Source of the DNA: Eledone cirrhosa
Taxonomy: Eukaryota
Assembly (NCBI GenBank): GCA_964016885.1
Contig: OZ024740.1
Location: 308,078,001-308,142,000 of the forward strand
DNA length: 64,000 nucleotides
Direction: 5' to 3'
Part shown: piece by piece, positions 29,116-40,744 of the stretch
How the letters are laid out: the number at the start of each line of letters is the position of its first letter
Position numbering within the stretch: the first letter of the stretch is position 1
Position numbers and translations under genes: made by a program
Notes under the pieces: model-generated
Seen by the model: only the letters and a program-made list of their open reading frames with translations
Databases searched by the model: none
Told to the model about the DNA's origin: nothing

Positions 29116-30300
29116 CAGAATGTAACAAACAAACAAACAAAGAGTGATGGGGGTTGGAAAGGAGAATACTGGAAGAGTTTGGAGACTTTGACAAGCGTTA
29201 AAAGCTTTTGTCAGTATCTTCCTGGTTTTATGTGTTTGGAGAAAATTAAAGATGGGATGTGGAATTTGGTCAGTGAAGACTGGACATAAATGAAATAGGG
29301 AGATGAGAAGGGAAAAGACGAGATGGAATGAAATAAAGGTTTTAAAAAGTCATTAGATAAATACAAAAACAAAGGTAAAGAAAGAATATAAATATTGAAA
29401 GAAAAGAAAAAGGAAGTGACAAGAAAAGACCAAGAGGAGGTGGACATATGGGGGAAGGAAAGAAGAAGAAGAAGAAGAAGAAGAAGAAGAAGAAGAAGAA
29501 GAAGAAGAAGAAGAAGAAAGAAAAATAACAGCAGCGGTGGTGGTGACGTGTGTGGGGGTGGGGTGGGGTTTAAACACAGTGTCAAGCTATAAAAGTAGAG
29601 CTATTGCTGTTATTTCACCATGTGTCGTCTGCCAGAAATGGAAGAACGGTAAATTATCAAATGTCGGTTGCTTTTTGCTAGAACGGAAATCAAAACACAT
29701 TTCTTTGTTATAAACATGAGAAACATCTCAACAAGTGCTGCAGCTGCATGTGATGAGCCGGGATAAAGAGAGAATTCAGAGGATAGAGAAAATAATCGAC
29801 AACAGTAAGAGAAAGGGAAATCATACGGGAAGGAGAGACAGGAAGAGGAGGGGTTTAATAGAAATACGTAGAGAGAAGTTTGTGAGAAACGATGATTGAT
29901 AATAGATTGGGTGTTTGTGTGTGTGACAAAGAACGAAAGAGAAGGTGTAGTTACGGTGTTATTTAAAGTGAATGAGGAAGATATGATGACGGAATAAGAA
30001 AGAGAAGGGTTAAAAGTAGATGGTGGAAAGGGGTGTCGAGGAAGAGAGAGTGATATTTGTGAAAGAGGGAAAGAGAGAGAGAAGGAGGAAGAAAGACTGG
30101 GTGAATGAGAGATAGAAGGAGGAATGAGAGATTGACGAGATGTAAAAGAAATGACTATAATATTAAGAAAGTAAGTTACCGAGAGAGGATTTGGAGAAGT
30201 CGTAAGAAGAGTTCAAGAGGTGAGAACATGGAAGAGTGTCTAGAAGGGAGAGGGTGTGAGCAATGGTGTGATAGAGAGAAAGAGATGGTGAGGGAGGGTT

Positions 30301-30387
<87 letters not shown>

Positions 30388-30977
30388 TAGCATGGGGAAG
30401 AGAAAAAGAGAGGCAAGGTATTGGTAAGTTTATAAATAGATTGACATCTAGAAATATTCTCTCTCATTCAACACCATGTTCTTTATAAAAATCAATCAAC
30501 TTTATTTCATTCGCAAAGATAATATTTCTGATATTCTACGTCTATTTTATAGCACTAGTTGACATGATTGGAAAGTTCTAGAAGTTAATAGCCTTCGCGT
30601 GGTTCTGTTATATTGAAAACTGCAATCGTAAATGTCCTCAAACTGCAGAAAATACAAAAAAGAAAAAAAAGAAAGAAAGGAAGAAAGGAAGGAAGAAAGA
30701 AAGAAAAGAGAAAGAAAGGAGGAGAAATCAAAGGCAGCAGCAAGCAAAAAAGAAAATGTAATTTTCTTTTTATTAACACTACACTGATTCTTAAGTTTAT
30801 ATCAGGCGTAGTGCTGCAACATTTACTTCTTGTTTAAACCATGGAATTAGTTTAAGGAAGAGAAATGTTATGAATTCCTCCGATGAGAATTTAGATAAGA
30901 TTGGAAACTTGTCTTTTCTGGAATAAAAAATATATATATCATATATTTTAATTTTATTTATTATTTAATCATTTATA

Positions 30978-31205
30978 AGGGCGGTGGATTGGCGGTATCG
31001 GTAGAGTCGGACACCATGCTTTGCAGCATAGAGTTACGGTCCTTTACGGTCTGAGTTCAAATCCCGCTGAGGTTAACTTTGCCTTTCATCCTTACGAGGT
31101 CGATAAAATAAAGCACCAGTAACTTACTGGGGTCGATATAATCGACTTTCCCCTCCCCAAAATTGCTGGCCTTGTACCTATACTAGAAATCATTATTTAC
31201 TCATT
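30978..31205 (+). mobile_element. Full-length SINE, same family
   Basis: A box TGGCGGTATCGG, B box GAGTTCAAATC, core and tail; flanks ATTATTTAATCATTTAT / ATTATTTACTCATTTAT look like a target-site duplication. Confidence 0.9.
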
Positions 31206-31399
31206 TATTTATCTTTAACTTGGAGTAAGTTTGTTTCCAGAGAAATAAGTCTGTCAAATATTTTTCTAACTTAACATTGAAGAATAGGCAGAAAAGTATT
31301 ATAAATGATTGGAGTGAAAACCATTCAAATAACAAAGAGATATTTAGAAAATTAAACAAAACATCTCTCAAACTATTTATGCATATGTATAAATCAATG

Positions 31400-31590
31400 T
31401 AGTGTAGGAAAGAATCGCTGGACAGATCTTACGGGCAAAACAACCGGCAGGAGATCCAAGATTGAATTAGATCCATGAGCTTGGCTGGTCTCTTTTGGGG
31501 ATCTAGTCGGATCAATTGGAGACAGTTGCTTCTGACAGGGCCTGCTGGAAGGAGGTTTGAGGACTCTGTCCGCACGACCCTCTCGGGAAT
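31400..31590 (+). mobile_element. RTE-like LINE extreme 3' fragment
   Basis: GGATCAATTGGA..GTTGCTTCTGA..CTGGAAGG..GAGGACTCTGTC shared with 58395-58460. Confidence 0.65.
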
Positions 31591-32129
31591 AAACGGAAAA
31601 AGAAGAAGTAGAACTCTGTACCGATTCTAGGAGTTCAACTTTACTATTCATCCTTTCGAGCTCGATAATAAAAGTACCAGTCTAATAATGGGATCGATTC
31701 TTTCTCACTTCCTTCCACATTTCTTTCACTCACCCTCTCTTGAAGAAATCGGCTGTGTTCCGACCTGGAGAGAGATGAGTTCCGCGAGGTTTAAAGTGCC
31801 CAAGACACTGTTAGTGTTGCTTATCATAAAACTTATGACTGAAGTATCCTAGTTTCTCCAAGTAATTATTCTCTCTATTGATTAAGACGTATTGGTTGTA
31901 TTAAAGTAGTTTCATGTAAATTTAAAACTGACAAAGGAAGATATTTTATGAGAAACTTCACAATCGCTGGAAAACTTCACAATTTCAAAAAAATACTCAG
32001 TTAGATCTCCCACCGGTTGGCGAAACGTTCACAATTCCAGAAGACATTCACAGTTCCATCAAACCAATACAATTTCAATAAAGCTTTCACAAATTCAGAG
32101 AATACTCGTAATTTGTGATAACTATAGAG

Positions 32130-32880
32130 CTTTCCTACAATCAGACCTGGTCACAATGCAGCTATAGATTATGGACTGGCAACTCAAGCAGGCTGTAGAC
32201 AAGTGTACCACGATGCGTTTTGGAAGGAAAAACCCAGCTTTCACATACTCCCTTTACAACACCAATCCCAAGAAGTCTTCTTGTGACATGACCTGGGCAT
32301 TACTGTCACCAGCGAGTTGCATTGGACAAAGCAGATTTCTAAAATTGTCAAGAAGGCGGAAGGTCTCTTAGCATCACTCAGTAAGACTTTTGTCAGCCGC
32401 TCCCCAGCTATCTATTTAAAGCTGTATATAGCTCTGGTACGTCCACACTTAGAATTTGCATCACCAGTCTGGAACCCCTATCTTGCTCAGAATATTGACC
32501 TCATGAAAACTGTTCAGACACATGCGACTAAATGAATACCCTTCATTAGGCATCTACCATACTCTCAACGCCTTGCTTCTCTGGGCATAGACACATTGAA
32601 GCTTCGACGTCTGGCAACTGACTTGGTGGGCATAAACAAGATTATAAATCATCTTTCCAACAACAACCCTGGCTACCTTTTTGAATTTCATATACTTACA
32701 TAATCAGAAAACAGTACAACTCCCATAACTTTCGGAAATATTTTTTTCACGCTCAGTGTTGCTGAGTCATGGAACAAAACTACCTGCATTAGTTGTTACC
32801 TGTCGGGACACTGTATCCTTCAACACTTCCATGCTTCCCGAAGTACGCCAACACTACACCTGATATTCCTTCTCCATACA
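32130..32880 (+). mobile_element. CR1-like LINE fragment
   Basis: LQSDL, KCTTMRFGRKN, LYIALVRPHLEFASPVWNPY motifs. Confidence 0.85.
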
Positions 32881-32889
32881 CACGCACAA

Positions 32890-32991
<102 letters not shown>

Positions 32992-33209
32992 CATGACTCA
33001 TACACTGTTCACTTTCCTGACTTTAGTACATTATTCTATGTACTATACATGCACTATTGGCTATCTTTTCTGACGAGTTGTATTACACATGAGCACTGTA
33101 CACAATAATATTTATTATTATTTTGGCAGTATCGGTAGTGCGTCGGAAAATATGCTTTATGGCATAGGGTTACATCCCTTTACGATCTGAGTTCAAATCC
33201 TGCCGAGGT

Positions 33210-33585
33210 TTAGCAATAGAAAAAAATAGAGTAGAGGGAGAACTAGTTAGAAAGTTAGACGAGGCGCTTAATATCGCGACCGACGTACTTGCGGCGAGAT
33301 TGGCTCTCGACCAATTCTTCAACGCAAAGCACGACGGCTGCGTTGTCAGAATTAGGGCGCGTGCTCACAGACACGAGGGGATGAAAGCCGTTCCATGGAC
33401 CTGAGTGGTGGAGACGTGTCATGGAAACAGAACCACGATCCGGTCTTTGGAGGACAACGACGGGCTCATGTTACTCGATCCCGAGCAAATGTGTGCGGCT
33501 TTTCAGCAGCGCTTCGCTCAGCTATTCAGGGGCAGCGGCAGGCCGGATCGCGGGATGGACTTTAGTGCCTATCTCAACGGTCTGC
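33210..33585 (+). mobile_element. L1/Tx1-like ORF2 linker fragment
   Basis: GC-rich GCVVRIRARA..EG, TIRSLED.DG..L.DPEQMCAAFQQRFAQLF, resembling the EN-RT linker of L1/Tx1-type elements. Confidence 0.55.
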
Positions 33586-33744
33586 GGTGGAATAGCAGTA
33601 TCGGTAGAGCGGCGGACAATCTGCTTTTCGGTATAGAGTTACGGCCCTTTACGAAAATAGGAGTTCCTTATTTTTACTTTTTCTGGTTTCTTACTGACGT
33701 TTCGGTGAAGAGTCCGAACTTATAAGTACATCTCTGATGATGGT

Positions 33745-34495
33745 GGATGTACAGTATCGGTAGATTGTCGGACACCATACTTCATGGCATAGTGTTACGG
33801 CCCTATACGTTCTGAGTTCAAATCCCGCCGAGGTTAGCTTTGTCTTTCATCCTTGCGAGGGCGATAAAATAAAGTAACAGTAATGCACTGGGGTCGTTTT
33901 AATCGACTTTCCCCTTCCCCAAAATTGATGGCCTTGTGCCTAAATCAGAAACCATTATTATTATTGGTGAATTGGCAGTATCGGTAGAGGGTCGGACGCC
34001 ATGCTTTCCAGCATAGTTACGTCCCTTTACGATCTGAGTTCAAATCCCGCCGAGGTTAACTTTGCCTTTCATCCTTACGTAGTCGATAAAATAAAGTACC
34101 AGTAATGCACTGGGTAATTTGCTGGCCTTGTGCCGAAAGTAGAAACAATTATTATTATTGGTAGTGGATTGGCAGTCTCGGTAGAGGGTCGGACGCCATG
34201 CTTTGCAGCAAAGAGTTACGGCCCTTTATGGTCTGAGTTCAAATCCCGCCGAGGTTAACCTTGCCTTTCATCCTTACAGGGTCGATAAAATAAAGTACCA
34301 GTAATGCACTGGGATAATTGCTGGCCTTGTGCTAAAAGTAGAAACCATTATTATTATTGGTAGTATCGGTAGAGCGTCAGACACCATGCTTTATAGCATA
34401 GAGTTACGACCCTTTACGTTCTGAGTTCAAATCACGCCGAGGTTAACTTTGCCTTTCTTCCTTACGGGGTGCCAAAAGTAGAAACAATTATTATA
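33745..34495 (+). mobile_element. Head-to-tail array of four SINEs
   Basis: Four consecutive heads (..CAGTATCGGTAGA..), each following the ATTATTATT tail of the previous copy. Confidence 0.92.
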
Positions 34496-34974
34496 ACTTC
34501 CACAACCTGAGAGAACTTTCACAATTTACGGGACCGCTTGCAGATTAAGAGATTGTTCACAATTTCAGAGATCCTTCACAGGTTGGTAAGATCTTCGCTG
34601 GATCATTCATTGTACCATGCATCTGGCTGTACAGTAGACAGGTAATTACATTATTCATTGAATCACACACTAAACTACATACTAAAACCTTTACTGGAGT
34701 ATACTCTGGATGACACACTAATTCATAAACAGGACCACATAATGTAATACTTTGTGAATCATATAAAATAACTGCCATACACAGACACATTTACTGAACT
34801 ACGTATTACACAACTCATTAAACTACAGACCTCATCACTTGTTTGGCCAGAAAGAGGACTACACACACGAGAACTCCCAATCCACACTCACTGGAACACC
34901 AAAGAGTTCACAGTATAAGTGATACACTTCCTGGGACTTAGCCCAGTAGACGTCCCTCCTCCTTCTTCCCCTGT

Positions 34975-35720
34975 TGACGTCACCCCCCCCCCCCCCCAAC
35001 GCACTTGGGATGCCATCCAGTGTAGCCTGGCCTCAGACAGGCTCACGCGCCAGCTCGACCAGCACCGACCGCCTTGCTTGTTTTCGTGCGGCCTCCAAAC
35101 CCCACAGTGGTGCCTGGCTCCATGCCCTGCCCCCCTTCTCCACTGGCACGCAGCTAGACAACAAAGCCTGCGCATCGGCGTTTCCTTGAGGCTCGGCCTC
35201 CAGATCAGCGAGCCGCACCAATGTTGCTGCGGATCCACCATGGACTCTTTCAGCCGCCACCCGCTTTCCTGTCGCCACAGTGCCGGCCGCCATCCACGCC
35301 ATTCTGCCCTCAATGAGGTCACAAAGCATGGCTTGGACGCTGCAGGCTTCCCTTCCCAGCTCGAGCCGGTGGGGCTGGATCGAGGGGACGGCAAAAGGCC
35401 AGATGGCATGACCATCTTCCCGTTCCGCGGTGGTAAACCTCTCGTCTGGGATGCCACTTGCACCGACACTTTCTGCAGCCGCAACCTGGTGCAGTCCGCA
35501 ACTGACCCAGGTTCTGCTGCACGTCGCGGTCGATCTCCGACAGGTTTGCGGTCGTTCCCCTGGCAGTGGAGACTTCTGGTGTCCTCGGCCCCAGGGCTAC
35601 CTCCTTACTCACCACCATAGGCGCTGAGCTGGCCAGCCGCAGGTGTGAGCCCCGCGAGTTGGAGTGGCTTTTCCAGCGCGTCTCCCTTGCCGTCCTCGGG
35701 GAAACGCCTTCTCCATTCTG
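34975..35720 (+). mobile_element. CRE-like (RLE) non-LTR retrotransposon 3' fragment
   Basis: GAWLHALP, RHSALNEV, EPVGLDRGDGKRPDGMT..LVWDATCTDT, AVETSGVLGP, WLFQRVSLAV; GC-rich island. Confidence 0.85.
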
Positions 35721-36667
35721 TCCGCCGGGGCTGTGGGTGGGCCCCATCGCGTACCAATACATTAGTTAAATACCATTCTTTCATCGTTACAACTTACTTC
35801 CCTTATTATTATACATGTATTCATGTGGCTAGTTGAAGCGGTTCACATGCTTCAATAGTTTTATTCTTATGTTGACATAAAACTATATATATTTCCATTT
35901 AGCAATGCCTGATATGCGGGACTTATCAGAATTTGTTTGCTAGATATATGGTACAAACGAATCCAAATACCCTGGCATCAGCAATAATAATAACAATAAT
36001 GTTTTCTACTTTCAGCACAAGGCCAGCAAAGATTCAAATGTCACAGAGAGAAAGAGAGGGGGGGGGTGAGGCGGAGCAGAAATGAAACATGGATTACAGG
36101 TTAAATATATAGTCTAGATAGATGTGAAACAAAACGAGGATGTAGTTTATGGAAGACCCAAATGATTTAGAAGTCGACCTTAAGTAGGAGCAATAACATT
36201 AAGAAAGATATGAACGATACCAAAATTTGTAAATTTTGAAAGTAGGTTTATAAGTATGATTTCATAAGATTTTCGTAGTTGTTTCTGTGGCCTAGCGGTA
36301 GGTACTAGAGACGGTGGATATCCTGGCCTTGGGTTCAATCCTGGTCAACAATTTTTATTTTACAACCGATAGAAAAAAAACTCCCGACAAGGATCGAACT
36401 TCAGACCGGGATCACCACCGTCTATGAATCCTCCAACTAGGCCACTGAGACACCTATAGAAGTGTAATGAAAATTGATAATTATAAACCTACTTTCAAAA
36501 TCAAAGTTAAAAAGATGTGGTGTCGTTCATGGCTTTCCCAGAGCTATTAGTAATATTTAGGGTTGACTTCTGGTCATTATTGAAAGTCGGTGGATTGGCA
36601 GTATCGGTAGAGGGTCGAACGCCAGAGCTATTAGTAATATTAAGGGTTGACTTCTGGTCATTATTGA

Positions 36668-36864
36668 AAGGCGGTGGATTGGCAGTATCGGTAGAGGGTC
36701 GGACGCCATGCTTTCCAGCATAGTTATGTCCCTTTACGATCTGAGTTCAAATCCCGCCGAGGTTGACTTTGCCTTTCATCCTTACGGGGTCGATAAAATA
36801 AAGTACCAGTAATGCACTGGATAATTGCTGGCCTTGTGCCTAAAGTAGAAACAATTATTGAAAG
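36668..36864 (+). mobile_element. SINE with 11-bp TSD ATTATTGAAAG
   Basis: Complete copy; ATTATTGAAAG precedes the head and follows the tail. Confidence 0.9.
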
Positions 36865-38348
36865 TCTCTGGGTTTCACAAAATACATATTTTTTATTGGA
36901 GAAGGTAAGATATTTTTCCGCAAAAATTTGATTGCACTGTTTTGTTTCGACTTGTGTAGTTTTCGAAAATGTTATTCATCCATTATAAAAAATAAATGAT
37001 AGCATTCTATATGTGGGTGGGCCCCCTTCATCTCCTGGCAACCAATATTTTTAGACCCAGTCCGCCACTGAGTGTATGCATATCTTTTGTTCCACTTATC
37101 ATTCCTTGAGTGTCACAGAACAATACGTAAGAACTAATATTGACTGAAGGCAATGAAATGGATGGTAAGGTGCCTCCCTACCCCCTCAGTCTTATGTACA
37201 GTAAACTGTCTAGGTCTAATATCCATACAGAAAACACTCAAAATCACAATTAGTTATGTGGAATACGGTAAGAAGTTATGCAACAACAAACAAAAGATGA
37301 AAACATTTACATATCTATACATGTATATAATTAAGGAAGGATTTCAAATTAGGTGAAAGACAGAAATGTTTAAACTTCATAAAAGGAATGCTTTTATTCA
37401 ATGAATGCTGTTATCAAAATAAATGGACGGCAACAATAAAACGGGCTATACTGGTATTTTTCTTCCAAAAATAGTCACGGTATTACCGCAGGTGATAGAG
37501 AGGATGAGACGCTGGAACAGTCAAGCACCCTCAAGAGCATCACCTGGTATTTCAATAAGATGATACACCAGCGATGACTCCATTGTCAGTACCCAGTTCT
37601 CTCTAACGTCTCGAATGTCACAGATTAAAAAAGAATGTAGTTCACCGACAAATTACAGTATTTTGGTAATATATTCCGTCCAGCTAGATGAAGTAATCCA
37701 CACTTCTGTTGCAACATTTCAAATGTAAGAAGGAGCGAAAGAGTTACTAACGGTGGTGTTACATAAGGCATCGATCCTAGACAATTCCGCTGTCTTGAAA
37801 ATTGAGGGGGTATTAACTCTGGATAGGGTTCATTTTATCATTAAGTTCAGCTTGGTGAGGTGAGCAAAGCGATCTGCATTTGGTCTACAACACAATCCAC
37901 TAAAGCTTTCTGCCTAGGCGGAAAGTACGCACTGGCCGTCATAAAAGAGATGTATATTTAGTATGCGTTCTAATCATCACCATCCGTATGTGTATTTTAT
38001 ATGCAGAGCGGTTTCCTGAGCTACTTTCGCTCACTCCTATTTTTGGTATTCATAATCAGTGTCACCACATTCCATTTATTTCGCTATATATTTCCGTGTC
38101 TAACCAACTGGGTAGAGAGCTTGCTGGGGAAATCTGTTGCTTTCACCCACTGGCTTTTAAAGACGAGATTCACTCCCATTTACATAGGTTTTTTTCGGGG
38201 AGGGGGGGGGGGGCGGGCTCCACTTGGTTTATATTATTGGAGTTACCTCCCTTGAATCTTATTTATTGAAATTTTGAACACACTTGGAGTGCGGTTTATT
38301 TTTACTAATTGCTGGCATGATCTTGGTTAATCGAAGTTTTTAAACACA

Positions 38349-38480
38349 CTATATTATATATGAGAAACCCCACCTTATATTATATATGCAAAACCCCACC
38401 TTATATCATATATGCGAAACCCCACCTTAGATTATATATGCGAAAACACACCTTATATTATATATGCGAAACCCCACCTT
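38349..38480. repeat. 26-bp minisatellite, 5 copies
   Basis: Unit TTATATTATATATGCGAAACCCCACC. Confidence 0.92.
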
Positions 38481-38596
38481 TACATTCAAATCCTTGACAC
38501 TTCTTTTGTCATTCTAATACCCGCAGTAACGATTAGACTATGTCACCATATTGATAAAGATTTTCTACTACATTTCATATTCAATTAATTTTAATT

Positions 38597-38720
38597 ACCG
38601 TATTTTCCGGCGCCGAAGGCAATTCATCCCCGAGGATGCACCCTAATTTTGACAACCAAAAATTTGAAAAAAAAAATAATAATGAAAAATGTAGCCTTCG
38701 GCCTTCAGGACGCATGGTGG
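38597..38720. mobile_element. pogo/Tigger-like MITE end; relative at ~63922-64000, similar TACCGTAT terminus at ~24560-24709
   Basis: TACCGTATTTTCC start; CGAGGATGC..C..A.TTTGACAACC.AAAATTTGAAAAA shared between copies. Confidence 0.55.
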
Positions 38721-39257
38721 ATTTTTTAGACTTTTTTTTTTGGGGGGGGGGGGGGGGGGTTATCAACCACGAAAGGATGAAAAGCGAAGTTGCCCTCGGC
38801 ATGACGTGAACTCAGAGCAGAAGAGAGCTGGAATAAATACCGCGAGACATTCTATCTGACTCTCTAATGATTAAAATGATTACCCAGAGAAATCACTTAT
38901 TGATGTTATTCGCATGAAAAACAGCAGTTAATTAATGCTCATTTAATATTTAATGCAGTGAACATTAAATTCTTATTAGAAGTCATCATGCGATGAGGGC
39001 AATACTGAGCAAAGAATAAAACAATATTTGTGGAAATTCCATGTTATTGATTATGGGGTTTTCAGGCAAAATAAAATAATCCCATTTTCCTTTCCATCCA
39101 TCTATCCAGTTACAGGTGATAAATTACTTTGTCAAATTTATGTGTGATTCTACAAATATGTAGAATAATTATGTTTTAGCTGTTAACAACCTTGTAGCGT
39201 ATCCTTGGCTCAACCAGAAAATGGAATTATTTTATTTTGCCCCAACACCGAATAATT

Positions 39258-39840
39258 AATGATTTCTACTATAGACACTAGACCAGCAATTTTAGGGGAG
39301 GGAAAAGTCGATCAAAGTAGCCCCAGTGCATTACTGGTACTTTATTTTATCGACCCCGTAAGGATGAAAGGCAAAGCTAAGCTCTGTGGGATTTGAACTC
39401 AGAAGGTAAAGGGCCATAACTCTATGCTGCAAAGCAGGGTGTCTGACGCTCTACTGATACTACCAATCTACCGCAATGACCAAGGAGTAATAACATAATC
39501 CATTAATTATAATCATCATAATTTTATACCATTAATTGTTGACGTATAGAGTTACGGCCCTTGCCATTCTGAGTTCAAATCCCGCCGAGGTTAACTTTGC
39601 CTTTCATCCTTACGGGGTCGATAAAATAAAATACCAGTAATACACTGGGTAATTGCTGGCCTTGTGCCTAACGTAGAAACAATTAATTTAATGCTTTCCA
39701 GCATAGTTACGTCCCTTTACGATCTGAGTTCAAATTCCGCCGAGGTTGACTTTGCCTTTCATCCTTACGGGGTCGATAAAATAAAGTACCAGTAATGCAC
39801 TGGGTAATTGCTGGCCTTGTGCCTAAAGTAGAAACAATTT
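39258..39840. mobile_element. SINE cluster: one minus copy (39258-39474) and two 5'-truncated plus copies (39545-39840)
   Basis: Same family motifs in both orientations. Confidence 0.9.
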
Positions 39841-39844
39841 ATTT

Positions 39845-40200
39845 AATACATCCTTATATACAACGTTTTTAGTGATAGATTTTCCTCTTTGCTTTCCTTG
39901 CCTGTTGGTATTTACTATCATAACAAAAACATTAGTCAATCTCCTAGCTCTAGAGAATGTATCATACAAATGTCCATGCCTAAAAACTGGTCGTGGTAAG
40001 TAAATCTCTATCTCATGTTTGACTGTATGCATTATTAACTGTAATTGAATAAGTGCTAATCTCACAGGAAACGAGCTATTACTGAAGTAAAAGATATACT
40101 TGAATCAGCAGGTGTCTGTTTAACTCTAGATATTAACGCTCATTATTTTGTCGCTAGCAGATGACAATTAATTGAACTAAGTGTATGCGTTAAATCATTG
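39845..40200 (-). mobile_element. Helitron Rep/Hel (PIF1-like helicase) C-terminal fragment
   Basis: FPVRLA, IYLPRPVFRHGHLYDTFSRA (consensus VFSHGQLYVA.SR), TKNVVYKDVL. Confidence 0.8.
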
Positions 40201-40243
40201 ACGATTTTAAAGAAAATAAATTTTAGTTTAATACGCGCGCGCG

Positions 40244-40334
<91 letters not shown>

Positions 40335-40449
40335 TAATAAAAGGAATTCCAACTTTGTCTGATTTACTCGTTTTATATACAATCCTTTAAAATTTATAAT
40401 GGTATTAGAATGAAATAGTATGGTAGAATATTAAATGTTAAGTGTTAAT

Positions 40450-40488
40450 TGAACAAGTACTTTCATGCTTTCGCAATCTTCAGGTTCA
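40450..40488 (-). ncRNA. Minimal type I hammerhead ribozyme-like motif
   Basis: UGAAC-CUGAAGA-U-UGC-GAAA-GCA-U-GAAA-GUA-CUU-GUUCA; 5-bp stem I, GNRA-capped stem II, palindromic stem III AGUACU. Confidence 0.8.
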
Positions 40489-40540
40489 TAATGTGTGGTG
40501 ACAGTCAAGTTTGCAATTTTCAACTGTCACAGTTGAAAAT

Positions 40541-40735
40541 AGGCGGTGGATTGGCAGTATTGGTAGAGTGTCGGATGCCATGCTTTGACGCATAGAGTTA
40601 CGGCCCTTGCCATTCTGAGTTCAAATCCCGCCGAGGTTAACTTTGCCTTTCATCCTTACAGGGTCGATAAAATAAAGTACCAGTAATACACTGGGTAATT
40701 GCTGGCCTTGTGCCTAAGGTAGAAACAATTATTAT
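40541..40735 (+). mobile_element. SINE
   Basis: Full head, core and tail. Confidence 0.9.
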
Positions 40736-40744
40736 AAAAAAAAC

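Noticed and set aside
36281-36452. Functional tRNA genes
   Set aside because: A/B boxes present but acceptor and anticodon stems do not close convincingly; reported as a tRNA-like element instead
37430-37900. Possible decayed integrase-like fragment (GTDNGVIA on the minus strand)
   Set aside because: Single short motif with no supporting frame
38349-38480. CRISPR-like array (also 63172-63640)
   Set aside because: Units are contiguous with no unique spacers; eukaryotic context; no cas genes
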